A DNA stretch of 64,000 nt from an uncultured Candidatus Saccharibacteria bacterium (GTDB lineage Bacteria > Patescibacteriota > UBA1384 > CAYJQE01), in the NCBI GenBank assembly GCA_964372245.1, contig CAYJQE010000002.1, positions 206 through 64,205 on the forward strand, read 5' to 3'. Each line of letters starts with the position of its first letter. The first letter of the stretch is position 1. Made by a program: the position numbers and the translations under genes. The notes below the pieces were generated by a model. It was not told the DNA's origin. It worked only from the letters and a program-made list of their open reading frames with translations, and ran no database searches. Of this stretch, positions 19,186 through 27,998 are shown in pieces.

Positions 19186-20907
19186 ATGGTTAAATTTCGA
19201 TTAGCCGGAGATCAAGAACTGGCCAGCCCGATCGAGGCCGGTCTTTACGATCGGCCCTATTTTGAGACCCTTAATCGGGGTTTTCTCGACTATCAGGTCG
19301 GCGCGATTCATCCCAAACTTAAGAAGGCGGTCTCGATGATCAAGGGCGAGAATCGGCGAGTCCTTGATATTGGTTCGGGTCGAGGCGAGTTCGCGGCCAG
19401 CGCCGCCTCGGACGGCCACCTTGTGATCGGTCTTGATTATTCCCGCTCGGCCATCGAACTGGCCGAGGATTATGTCTCTCGTCTGCCGGCCGATGTCAAA
19501 GCTCGAATCGGCTTTGTGCAAAAGGACGCCAAGAGCCTTGGCTTTGAGTCGGAATCATTCGATGTCGTCTCGCTGCTTGACGTCGTCGAGCATCTCCATC
19601 CCTGGGAGCTCGACCGGGCGATTTCCGAGGTCTATCGAGTCTTAAAGCCGGGTGGCCAGCTGATCGTTCACACCAGTCCGAACCGACGGTTAATGGCTCC
19701 GGTCCGGTCTCTTGGTCGGCTTTTTGGCTTTAGGACAAAAAGCGAGCGGTATCACGTTAATGAGCAGACGCCAAAGTCAATCGGGGCTTACTTAAAGGGC
19801 TTCAAGTTCACAGTCGAACTGGAGCGGGACCGAGATTTCTGGGCTTGGATGTTTCGGCCCGGCGACCGGCTGTTATCGGTCGCGAAGTTAGCCGATTTTA
19901 TTGTTGATTTTCCTCTTTGGTCTTGGCTCTTTGATCGCTGGCCGCTGAATCGCGTGTTTGCGACCGATATCTGGATTGACGCTCGAAAAAAAATCGGCGG
20001 CGGTCGTCTGGTTTTAACGGAGGAGGGGGAACGGAGGCTTTCGAAGATTCTCTCGAAGGTCGGCGATCTCAATTTTCGACGACGGATCTTGACGATGCTT
20101 GAGTATCTCGATATTAAGGATGGCGAGACGATTCTCGATGCCGGCGCGGGCGAGGGCTTTTACAGCCTGATTTTTTCCGAGCTCTATCCCAATTCAACGA
20201 TCGAGGCCTTTGATTATGATCCCGAGCTGGTCTCAATGGCGAAGAGCTGGCTCAAAGAGAGACCGAAAGTGATGATCCGGCTAGCCGACATCGTCCGCCT
20301 GCCTTATCTCGATCAAACTTTCGATAAGATCGTTTGCACCGAAGTTTTGGAGCATCTGCCCGACGACCGGATGGCGATGAAGGAGCTTTGGCGGGTTTTG
20401 AAGCCGGGCGGGACTTTGGCCATCACCGTTCCGAATCGTAACTATCCGCTCCTCTGGGACCCCCTGAACAAAATCAGGGAGCTTCTTCGTCTCGGTCATT
20501 TTTCCGGCCGACACGGTCTGCTTGGCGGCATCTGGGCGCTCAACCACTTTCGCCTTTACTCCCCGCTTGAACTTAAAGATCTGGTCGAGAAAAGCGGCTT
20601 TCTTTGCCGAGATCTTCGGGGCTTGACCCATTACGGTCTGCCCTTTAATCATCTGATCCTTTATCTTGGCAAGCAGTTTTACACCAAACTGCCGGTTCCG
20701 GAATCGATTCGGAGGGAGATGGAGAAATTTGAGTGGGACAGGGGAGAGAAGGGTCAAAAGGCTGAAAACCGGGGATTGGGTCTCCTCAAGGCCGGGCTCT
20801 GGCTGCTCAGGCTCACCGATAGTCTGAACGATCATTTTCATAATGAACACAATCTTTCGGTCTCGAGCATGGCGGTCTCGGCCAAGGCCGTGAAACCTAA
20901 AAGCTAA
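19186..20907 (+). CDS. Tandem two-domain class I SAM-dependent methyltransferase
   Basis: Two separate motif-I/post-I sets: 'VLDIGSGRGEFA...VLKPGGQLIV' and 'ILDAGAGEGFYS...VLKPGGTLAI'. 573 aa. Confidence 0.75.
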   Translation: MVKFRLAGDQELASPIEAGLYDRPYFETLNRGFLDYQVGAIHPKLKKAVSMIKGENRRVLDIGSGRGEFAASAASDGHLVIGLDYSRSAIELAEDYVSRLPADVKARIGFVQKDAKSLGFESESFDVVSLLDVVEHLHPWELDRAISEVYRVLKPGGQLIVHTSPNRRLMAPVRSLGRLFGFRTKSERYHVNEQTPKSIGAYLKGFKFTVELERDRDFWAWMFRPGDRLLSVAKLADFIVDFPLWSWLFDRWPLNRVFATDIWIDARKKIGGGRLVLTEEGERRLSKILSKVGDLNFRRRILTMLEYLDIKDGETILDAGAGEGFYSLIFSELYPNSTIEAFDYDPELVSMAKSWLKERPKVMIRLADIVRLPYLDQTFDKIVCTEVLEHLPDDRMAMKELWRVLKPGGTLAITVPNRNYPLLWDPLNKIRELLRLGHFSGRHGLLGGIWALNHFRLYSPLELKDLVEKSGFLCRDLRGLTHYGLPFNHLILYLGKQFYTKLPVPESIRREMEKFEWDRGEKGQKAENRGLGLLKAGLWLLRLTDSLNDHFHNEHNLSVSSMAVSAKAVKPKS

Positions 20908-20915
20908 TTTTTCCC

Positions 20916-21794
20916 TTGCTCGGCCAACTTAGCGGGCTTTTCTGGTCGTTTCGGCCAAACCAGTGGGTCAAAAATCTGGTTGTCTTAATTCCGCTGTTCT
21001 TTGCCGGCCAGCTCTTGAATCCCGACCTTTTTCGGTTGGCTTTGGCCGGAGCGCTGCTCTTCATTCTTGCCTCATCGGCCGCTTATTTGATCAACGATCT
21101 CTTCGATCTCCCGCTTGATCGGAAACTGCCGGTCGGTCTCAAGCGACCGATCGCTCGAGGTCGGGTCTCGACAAGGCTTGTGGCTTTCGCGATCGTCCTT
21201 CTTGTTTTCGGAGCGATTTCGATCTCGTTCAAACTTGAGCCGAAGTTTGGCTTGGTCATTCTTGGTTATCTGATCTTAAACATCCTCTACTCGGCCGGTC
21301 TTAAACAGCTGGCGCCGCTCGACGTCTTTATTGTCGCCTTGGGCTTTGTTCTCCGGGTGATCGGCGGCAAGGTTTTGACCGATCTGCCGAGCAGTCCCTG
21401 GCTCTTTTTGGGAACATTTTTTATCGCCCTCCTGCTTGTCCTTTCGAAGCGCTTTGTCGAAGCGAGGCTTTTTCTCGGGCGGGCGGTTGAGAAAAGGCGG
21501 GCCATTGGTCTCTATCAACCGGAACTCTTAAAATCCTGGTTAAATATTGCCGTCGCCGCCGTCCTCGTCGTCTACGCTCTCTACTCGATTGATTCCGAGG
21601 TTGTCGCCGCCTCGGCTCGGAGCGATCTCTTTGTCTACTCGATCGTCTTCGTGACCTTCGGTCTTTTTCGCTATCTTCAGCTGCTTTATCAGGGGGAAGA
21701 GGCCGGCTTTCTCGGTCCCTTAAAACGCGACCCGGCCTCCTGGCTGAACGGACTCTTCTGGCTTGGTTATACGGGCTTTATTCTCTATTTCTAG
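20916..21794 (+). CDS. UbiA-family prenyltransferase, decaprenyl-phosphate phosphoribosyltransferase (DPPR synthase)-like
   Basis: 'RPNQWVKNLVV' N-terminus and 'INDLFDLPLDRK' NDxxDxxxD motif characteristic of the Rv3806c-type subfamily. ~8 TM. TTG start. Confidence 0.65.
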   Translation: MLGQLSGLFWSFRPNQWVKNLVVLIPLFFAGQLLNPDLFRLALAGALLFILASSAAYLINDLFDLPLDRKLPVGLKRPIARGRVSTRLVAFAIVLLVFGAISISFKLEPKFGLVILGYLILNILYSAGLKQLAPLDVFIVALGFVLRVIGGKVLTDLPSSPWLFLGTFFIALLLVLSKRFVEARLFLGRAVEKRRAIGLYQPELLKSWLNIAVAAVLVVYALYSIDSEVVAASARSDLFVYSIVFVTFGLFRYLQLLYQGEEAGFLGPLKRDPASWLNGLFWLGYTGFILYF

Positions 21795-21964
21795 TTGAAA
21801 TCGAAACTTCGGCCGAAAAACTAAACAAAACGATGGCTGAAAAACCGACGGCCAGCCCGGAAAGAGACGATCTCTTTCGATGATCGGTCTTCGTTCAAAC
21901 GGTCGGTTTTTTTCAAATCGCGCGGCTTTAGGTTTTTGGCCGCGAATTCGCTAATCTCGATTGA

Positions 21965-22294
21965 GTGGCCTATTTTTTGCTCTTTCTCGCCTCTTTGGCC
22001 AATGCTTTGGCCAATCTTTTTATTCGGGCGGCCTCTTTCGAGCCGTTCGGTCTTAACCGTCTTTTTAAGCCCGCCAGCTGGTTTGGCATTCTGCTCTTTC
22101 TGGTCGCTCTCGCGCTTTACTCCGAGAGCCTTCACCGGCTCGGAATTGTCGTCTCCTACCCAATCTTCGGCCTTTTGAGTCTGTTTTTGATTATCTTTTT
22201 CGGTTACCGGCTTTTTCAAGAACCGATCTCGGCCAGCCAGATTCTTGGTTTTCTTTTGGCCGGGCTGGCGATTGTTCTTATCAGCCGGGGTTAG
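21965..22294 (+). CDS. Small 4-TM SMR/ArnE-ArnF-like (DMT superfamily) membrane protein, candidate lipid-linked sugar flippase subunit
   Basis: 109 aa, four hydrophobic helices. GTG start. Adjacent to the UbiA-like gene. Confidence 0.5.
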   Translation: MAYFLLFLASLANALANLFIRAASFEPFGLNRLFKPASWFGILLFLVALALYSESLHRLGIVVSYPIFGLLSLFLIIFFGYRLFQEPISASQILGFLLAGLAIVLISRG

Positions 22295-23364
22295 AAAAAG
22301 GCCTTGGCGAGCTTGAGAATCCCTTCTTTAACCGGCCGACGGTGGGTCGTGCCGTAGCGCTTGGCATAAAAAGCTCGATGCTCTCGATACCAGCTCAAGG
22401 CGGCCAAAAGCAGATCGAGGTTCGAATCCTTTGACCGCCAGCCAAGAACCCTCTCGGCCTTCCGGCAATCAAAGTAAAAAGCCGCGTCCGGAGTCTCAAA
22501 GTGCCAGTCAACCAGAGGCGAGAGACCGAGCCGATCGAGACCCCTCAAGGCGATTTTCGCCAGTTTGGGATTGATTGGTCTGACCCTTGATTTTGAGCTA
22601 ACCGCTTGGGCCAGAGCTTCGAGATCGGCCTTGACGGTCTGGTAGCTTCTCGCTCCGAGGTTGAAATCTTCGTTTTTGGCCTCTTTCCGAAGAAGAGCGA
22701 TCAGGCCGTTTACGACATCTCGACTCGAAACTAGCTGGAAGAGGTTCTCGCCCGAACCAATGATCGGAATCTTTCTCCCCTCGCTTATCCAGTCAAAGAG
22801 GAGAGCGAAGATTCCCAGTCGGCCCGGACCGACGATCGTTCGCGGTCTTAAAATCGAGAGATCGAACCGGCTGTTTCGGCTTGTTCGACAGAGCTCTTCG
22901 GCCAAAAACTTTGACCGGCCGTAGTCGCCAAGCGGCGCCAGCCGGGTCTGTTCGGTGATTGGCAGATCGAGCTCGCGTGGTCTGCCATAAACCGCGCTGG
23001 TCGAAACAAAAATAAACTTTTCGGTTCTTCCCTTGGCCAGCTCGAGCAGCCTTTTTGTCGCCTGAACATTGACCCTCTCATAATTTTTTCCAGCCTTGGC
23101 GATCGGCAAGACGGCGGCGAGATGAATTACATATTTAACCTTTGAGGCGGCCCTTTCAAGGGCCTTTTTTTCGGTCAGGTCAGCCTTTTGATACTCGACC
23201 GTCAAAGGCAGCTCAACCGGTCGTTCGTCTCGGTCAATCACTCTGACCGAAAAACCCTCCGCCACTAATTTTTGGCAGAGCGGGATACCGAGAAAACCGG
23301 CCCCGCCAGTCACCAGGACCAGATCCCCCTTGCCGTTTTTTCGAGCCGTTTTGACCGCTCTCAT
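22291..23364 (-). CDS. NAD-dependent epimerase/dehydratase (extended SDR)
   Basis: 'LVLVTGGAGFLGIPLCQKLVAEGFSVRVIDR' Rossmann motif and 'YGRSKFLAE' YxxxK. Confidence 0.75.
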   Translation of the reverse strand: MRAVKTARKNGKGDLVLVTGGAGFLGIPLCQKLVAEGFSVRVIDRDERPVELPLTVEYQKADLTEKKALERAASKVKYVIHLAAVLPIAKAGKNYERVNVQATKRLLELAKGRTEKFIFVSTSAVYGRPRELDLPITEQTRLAPLGDYGRSKFLAEELCRTSRNSRFDLSILRPRTIVGPGRLGIFALLFDWISEGRKIPIIGSGENLFQLVSSRDVVNGLIALLRKEAKNEDFNLGARSYQTVKADLEALAQAVSSKSRVRPINPKLAKIALRGLDRLGLSPLVDWHFETPDAAFYFDCRKAERVLGWRSKDSNLDLLLAALSWYREHRAFYAKRYGTTHRRPVKEGILKLAKAFF

Positions 23365-23438
23365 TTTTTGATCTTTCGCCCTTTAGGCCTTCAATCTAAT
23401 CGTTCGGTCAGTGGGGAAGTCAATGAGACTTTTAAACG

Positions 23439-24437
23439 TCAGGTGAGCCGACCGTTGGCCTCTGCCCACTCAACCGCCCGCTCGATAGCTTCCTCGACCG
23501 TTCTTTTTGGTCTTAAGCCGAGGAGCTTTTCCGCTTTTTGGCCGGAGGCGGCGATGGCTCGCGTCGTCTCGCCAAGAATATGGAGGGTTGGGTTGTAGAT
23601 TCCCAGTCTGGCTGTCAAAAGATCGAGCCTCTCGGCCAAAATCGCCGGCCAGGCCGGGAATCGCCTGATCCTCAACTCCACCTTGAGGGCTTTGGCCAAG
23701 AGAGCGAGGAACTCGCCGGTTCGGTAGGGCCGGTTAGAAACGATCCAAAACAGCTCGCCAGCCGCCCTTTTGTGAGCGACGGCAACGATCATCGCCTCGA
23801 CCAAGTTCTCGACCGGCGTGAAACTTCGTGGCTTGTCAGCGGAGCCGAAAATTGGCACTCGGCCTTGTTTGACCAGTTTCATTAAGACGGTCATTCGCTC
23901 GGGCTGCTCTTCGCCAATATACATTGATGGTCGAAGAACGACCGTTTCAAGACCTTGGCCGTGAGCGGCCAGGACCGCCTCTTCGGCCAAGAGTTTGCTC
24001 TTGCCGTAAGGGCTCTCCGGTCTCGGTTCGTCTTCCTCGGTCATCGTTCGATTGAGTCGGTCGGAAAAACCGGCCGCCGCGTTCGAGCTGACAAAAATAA
24101 AACGGCCGGCTCGGTCTTTGGCCGCCTCAAGCATATTTTTTGTCCCTTGGCTGTTTACCTGATAAAAGGAGCTTGTAGTTTTTGGATGGATGACGCCGGC
24201 GGCGTGGAAGACAATGTCGGCCGGTTCCTTAAAGAGAGCCTTTAAACTCTCCTTATTGGCGACATCGCCGATCTCGACCTTGATCTTCGAAGCAATATCC
24301 GGCGGCAGTCGGTCAGAGTCGGCCTCTCTGACGAGAGCGACAATCTTAAAGCCCTCGTTCAAGAGCCGACGGGCCAGCCGGTTGGCCAACCAGCCGGGCA
24401 GACCGGTGATCACCGATTTTCTCTTCAAATCGCTCAT
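23439..24437 (-). CDS. NAD-dependent epimerase/dehydratase (extended SDR)
   Basis: 'VITGLPGWLANRLARRLLNEGFKIVALVR' and 'YGKSKLLAE' YxxxK. Confidence 0.75.
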   Translation of the reverse strand: MSDLKRKSVITGLPGWLANRLARRLLNEGFKIVALVREADSDRLPPDIASKIKVEIGDVANKESLKALFKEPADIVFHAAGVIHPKTTSSFYQVNSQGTKNMLEAAKDRAGRFIFVSSNAAAGFSDRLNRTMTEEDEPRPESPYGKSKLLAEEAVLAAHGQGLETVVLRPSMYIGEEQPERMTVLMKLVKQGRVPIFGSADKPRSFTPVENLVEAMIVAVAHKRAAGELFWIVSNRPYRTGEFLALLAKALKVELRIRRFPAWPAILAERLDLLTARLGIYNPTLHILGETTRAIAASGQKAEKLLGLRPKRTVEEAIERAVEWAEANGRLT

Positions 24438-24463
24438 TAAGCCTTTAGTGTAGACTAGAAGAA

Positions 24464-26461
24464 ATGGTGTCAGAAAGGAATGTTAGAGTTCTCATCTGGT
24501 CAACTATTCTGGTTCTGGCGGTTTTGGCAGTCGGTCTTCTCAGCTTCAGGGCTTCAAAGTTCGAGCGACTTTCGCCGGCGACAATCACCGACGACCCGAA
24601 TCTTTCTTACTCGACATTGGGCTCTCGATCGAGGCCCGAAAATGTCGGAGACGGCGATCTCTTCACCTTCTGGACCGGCAACACTCAACCCTCGAGCAAG
24701 AATTGGCTCGAGTTTCGCTTCGACCAGCCAGTCAATCTCAATCGTGTTGTTTTGAGTTCGAACAAAGCCCGATTTCCGAAAAAGATAACAGTTCGGTCAG
24801 AGATCGTTCCGACCGAGGGTCCAGAACAGGGGCTGAAAGTTCTTCAAGAGGTTGAGACTTTTAGAGTCAGAGGGCCGCGCGTCAGACTCAAACTCCCTCA
24901 ACCGGTCATCTCGTCCCGATTCATGCTCTGGTTCGAAGAGGGCAATATTAATGACGGCAAGATTGAGATTCATGAGGTCGAGTTGCTTAGTCAAAGAGAT
25001 CGTGATCTGATGGCGGGTTTAAGTTCGAGTCTCCGGTCTCTCGGACTGGCTGGCCTTGCGATATTGGTTGTTCTGGCCATTCACCTGCTATTTCTTTTTG
25101 TTGGTGGCCGTCCTCGATCAAGTCGAGCAATTGATCTCATGGTTGGCTATGGCCGGGGACTGGCCCTCTTTGGAGTGATCGGGATCTCTGTCGGTCTTGG
25201 CTCGACACTTCTAGCCTGGCTTGGTCTCCTCTTTGCCGTTATCCAAATTATCTTGGCCGTCAGGGAAGGTTCTCTTTTGGGGCTCATTCAATCAAGAGTC
25301 TTTAAGCTCCTTGCGGCCAGCCAACTCATCGTCCTTTTGATACTGATCTTTCGCCTGATAGTTGAGGGCTTTTTCTTTCAGGCAGACTTTTTGCAGCCAT
25401 TTTATCTTAGTCAATTGGTTGAGACCGGCCAGTCGCTCTTTTCAGAAAAAGCGGTCGAGACCCTTTTTGGTTGGCAGGCCCTTGATCGGACGCCCTTGCT
25501 CTCGGTAATTTTTACCGGCTTGAGTGGATTTTCCGGCCTCTCATTTAGTCTCTATGTCCTGCTTCAAGCCGTTCTGGCTAGTCTCTTGAGCTTGGCCGCT
25601 CTCTCATTGCTTGAATTTCTTTCAATCAAGGAAAATTGGCGACAAAACCTCGCTCTCCTAGTCGCCATCTCGCCCTATTTCTTGATCACTGGCGCGATTT
25701 ATCCAACCCGGCCGGTCGTCGCCTTTTTCTTGGTTCTTTCGGTCATTGTTTTGTTCCAAAGCCAAAACCTGAAAAGCGGTCTCCTGGCTTCCTTGTTCGC
25801 CGCTTTGGCCTTTCTGGCCCACCCAATGGCTCTTTTTTACATCCCCCTTTTTGCGATCGGCTATCTCGTTGAGAAGAAGAACCTCCTCTCAACATTGGTT
25901 TTTCTGCTCTTGCCGGGATTGAGCTATCTTGGCTTTACGATTGCCGGCCGATTGCTCGAGATGCCTTCCCGGCTCTTTCTCTATTTCTTCGCGGTCAAGG
26001 ACGAATATGAGTACTTTCAGTTTAGTCGGCCCGAGCTGATCGAACGGTTTCTCCAAACGCCAGTTATAGAGATAGTCGGCAATCGTCTCCAAAATCTCGG
26101 TTCGCTCTTTATGCCCCTTCAGAAGAGCTTCTTTGGCGATATCAGCCATCTCAACACCTGGCTGATTTGGGGCGCGCTCTTTTTCACCCTCCTGCCATTT
26201 TTGCTCCCAGCCTTCAAAAAAGTTTGGCGAGAGAAACGGCCGCTCTTGATTTATCTCGTCTTACTGCCAGCCCTCTTCCAAACCCTTTTTCTTGGCTTTC
26301 CGGCTCCCCAGGCATTGCTTTTCCCGCTGCCAGCCGTTCTGATCCTTCTAACACTCCTTTTCAGTCAGGCTTCGGCCCGGATGGAGCGCTATCTTTGGCT
26401 GGCCGGCCTTGAGTTTGCTCTGATCTTCCTGTTGCCGACAATTGTTGGCTATTCCGTCTGA
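24464..26461 (+). CDS. Fusion protein: N-terminal signal-anchor plus discoidin (F5/8 type C)-like domain followed by ~12-TM GT-C/ArnT-PMT-like membrane domain
   Basis: 'DGDLFTFWTGN...WLEFRFDQPVNLNRVVL' discoidin-like block homologous to ORF 18542-19090, then continuous hydrophobic helices to the C-terminus. Confidence 0.55.
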   Translation: MVSERNVRVLIWSTILVLAVLAVGLLSFRASKFERLSPATITDDPNLSYSTLGSRSRPENVGDGDLFTFWTGNTQPSSKNWLEFRFDQPVNLNRVVLSSNKARFPKKITVRSEIVPTEGPEQGLKVLQEVETFRVRGPRVRLKLPQPVISSRFMLWFEEGNINDGKIEIHEVELLSQRDRDLMAGLSSSLRSLGLAGLAILVVLAIHLLFLFVGGRPRSSRAIDLMVGYGRGLALFGVIGISVGLGSTLLAWLGLLFAVIQIILAVREGSLLGLIQSRVFKLLAASQLIVLLILIFRLIVEGFFFQADFLQPFYLSQLVETGQSLFSEKAVETLFGWQALDRTPLLSVIFTGLSGFSGLSFSLYVLLQAVLASLLSLAALSLLEFLSIKENWRQNLALLVAISPYFLITGAIYPTRPVVAFFLVLSVIVLFQSQNLKSGLLASLFAALAFLAHPMALFYIPLFAIGYLVEKKNLLSTLVFLLLPGLSYLGFTIAGRLLEMPSRLFLYFFAVKDEYEYFQFSRPELIERFLQTPVIEIVGNRLQNLGSLFMPLQKSFFGDISHLNTWLIWGALFFTLLPFLLPAFKKVWREKRPLLIYLVLLPALFQTLFLGFPAPQALLFPLPAVLILLTLLFSQASARMERYLWLAGLEFALIFLLPTIVGYSV

Positions 26462-26736
26462 CTGTTGCTTGACCTCTTTAAGACCCCGAATCGCCATCCC
26501 GATTTCCTGGTAAATTATCCAGTCGAGCGCTCGGCTCTCTTTTTCGAGGGCTTTCGTCTTTGGTTCGGGCGGGGAGCCGGAGCGGACAAATAAAAGCCGG
26601 AGGCTGAAATCCTGAACTTCGGGACTAGAGGCTGAAACCCGAGAGTTTCAACCGGCTTGTCAAAGCGAGTTCCGGCCGACGAGCTTAGGGGAAGGGGGCT
26701 CTCTCGCTTTTATTTAATAAGAGGCCGACTTTTTTC

Positions 26737-26765
26737 TTGAAACAGGCTCGATCGGCTGATATTAT
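26737..26765 (+). promoter_or_regulatory. Sigma70-like promoter TTGAAA-17-TATTAT upstream of the GT4 gene
   Basis: TTGAAA 26737-26742, TATTAT 26760-26765. Lies in a 340-bp intergenic gap. Confidence 0.5.
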
Positions 26766-26801
26766 CGAACGGAAGAGGGCCGGTTCATAAAGCTTAATTC
26801 G

Positions 26802-27998
26802 ATGAAAATACTTTTTGTAGCTAACTCGATTGTGGGCGATAAACCGGGCGTTTCCGGCGGCGAGTCGAGAATGATCGAGATCGCCGGAGCTTGGGCGGAA
26901 AAAGGTTACGAGATTCATCTTCTCTCCTCGCCGGGCGCCAAGTATCTCTGCGATCAGTTTGGCCTTAGGGTTAAGCTTCATCTCATCACCAAGTCGACCG
27001 CCTACGGTCGCCGGGTTTATTTCGCCCGGGCGCTGCTCTCGATCTTTAATCTTCCGAAAAGCCTCTTCGAGGAGCGGTTCGATATCGTCTACTCGGCCTC
27101 GGAACAGATCTACGATGTCATGCCGCCCTTGATTTTGAAGCGTCGCTCGCCCTCGATCCGTTGGGCGACGACCGTTCACTGGCTGCCGCCCTTCCCGCCT
27201 TGGAAAAGAACCGGTTCAACTTGGTATAACGCGATCTGGTTTTTTATCTCCGAGCGGCTCGGTTTAGCGGTCGCTCGTCGAGGAGCCGACATTTTATTGG
27301 CTGTTTCCGACGAGACCGTCAAGCAGCTGGCGGCCATTAAAATTCCGTCCTTCCGCTACCAGGCTGTCGAGTGCGGCGTTGACTTCCCAAGGATAAGCCG
27401 GGTCGCGAGTTCAGTTAAGATGAAAACTCGGGAGGCTGTTTTTATGAAGCGACTTCAGAGGGTGAAAGGCGTTTTCGACCTGATTGATATCTGGGCTAAA
27501 GTCGTGGCCAAAAAACCCAATGCCAAACTGGTTGTGATCGGCGAGGGGATTGATGGCAAAGAGGCTGAAAGACGAAGCCAGAAGCTTGGCCTTTCGAAAA
27601 ATATTGAGTTTTTAGGCGCGATCTATGATTTTGAAGAGAAGTTTCGGCGGATCGCTGAAGCCAGACTCTTTTTACTGCCGACCCACGAGGAGAACTGGGC
27701 GATCGTTGTCGGCGAGGCGATGGCGGCCGGAACGCCGGTTTTGTCCTACGACCTGCCCGAGCTTCGGTCGGTCTGGCGGGCGGCGGCGATCTTCATCAAA
27801 AAGCATGATCTCGAAGCCTTTGCCAAGAAGATCGTTGAGCTTCTTGACAATCCTGAAGCCCAGAGGGCTTGGCGGGTAAAGGGACTCGATTATGTCAGCC
27901 GCTACGATTGGCGAAAGATTGCCGAAAAGGAGCTTGAAACGATTTTGAAAAACGGTCGGAGGCGAGAGGCGGTCGTTCCGGCCGAAGTCGGTTCGTGA
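26802..27998 (+). CDS. Family 4 glycosyltransferase
   Basis: 'MKILFVANSIVGDKPGVSGGESRMIEIAGAWAEKGYEIHLL' and 'ENWAIVVGEAMAAGTPV' EX7E. Confidence 0.75.
   Translation: MKILFVANSIVGDKPGVSGGESRMIEIAGAWAEKGYEIHLLSSPGAKYLCDQFGLRVKLHLITKSTAYGRRVYFARALLSIFNLPKSLFEERFDIVYSASEQIYDVMPPLILKRRSPSIRWATTVHWLPPFPPWKRTGSTWYNAIWFFISERLGLAVARRGADILLAVSDETVKQLAAIKIPSFRYQAVECGVDFPRISRVASSVKMKTREAVFMKRLQRVKGVFDLIDIWAKVVAKKPNAKLVVIGEGIDGKEAERRSQKLGLSKNIEFLGAIYDFEEKFRRIAEARLFLLPTHEENWAIVVGEAMAAGTPVLSYDLPELRSVWRAAAIFIKKHDLEAFAKKIVELLDNPEAQRAWRVKGLDYVSRYDWRKIAEKELETILKNGRRREAVVPAEVGS

Noticed and set aside
21821-22219. 132-aa ORF on the minus strand opposite the SMR-like gene
   Set aside because: Lys/Glu/Arg-rich low-complexity product overlapping a plausible 4-TM gene and the UbiA 3' region. 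No RBS or motif support.
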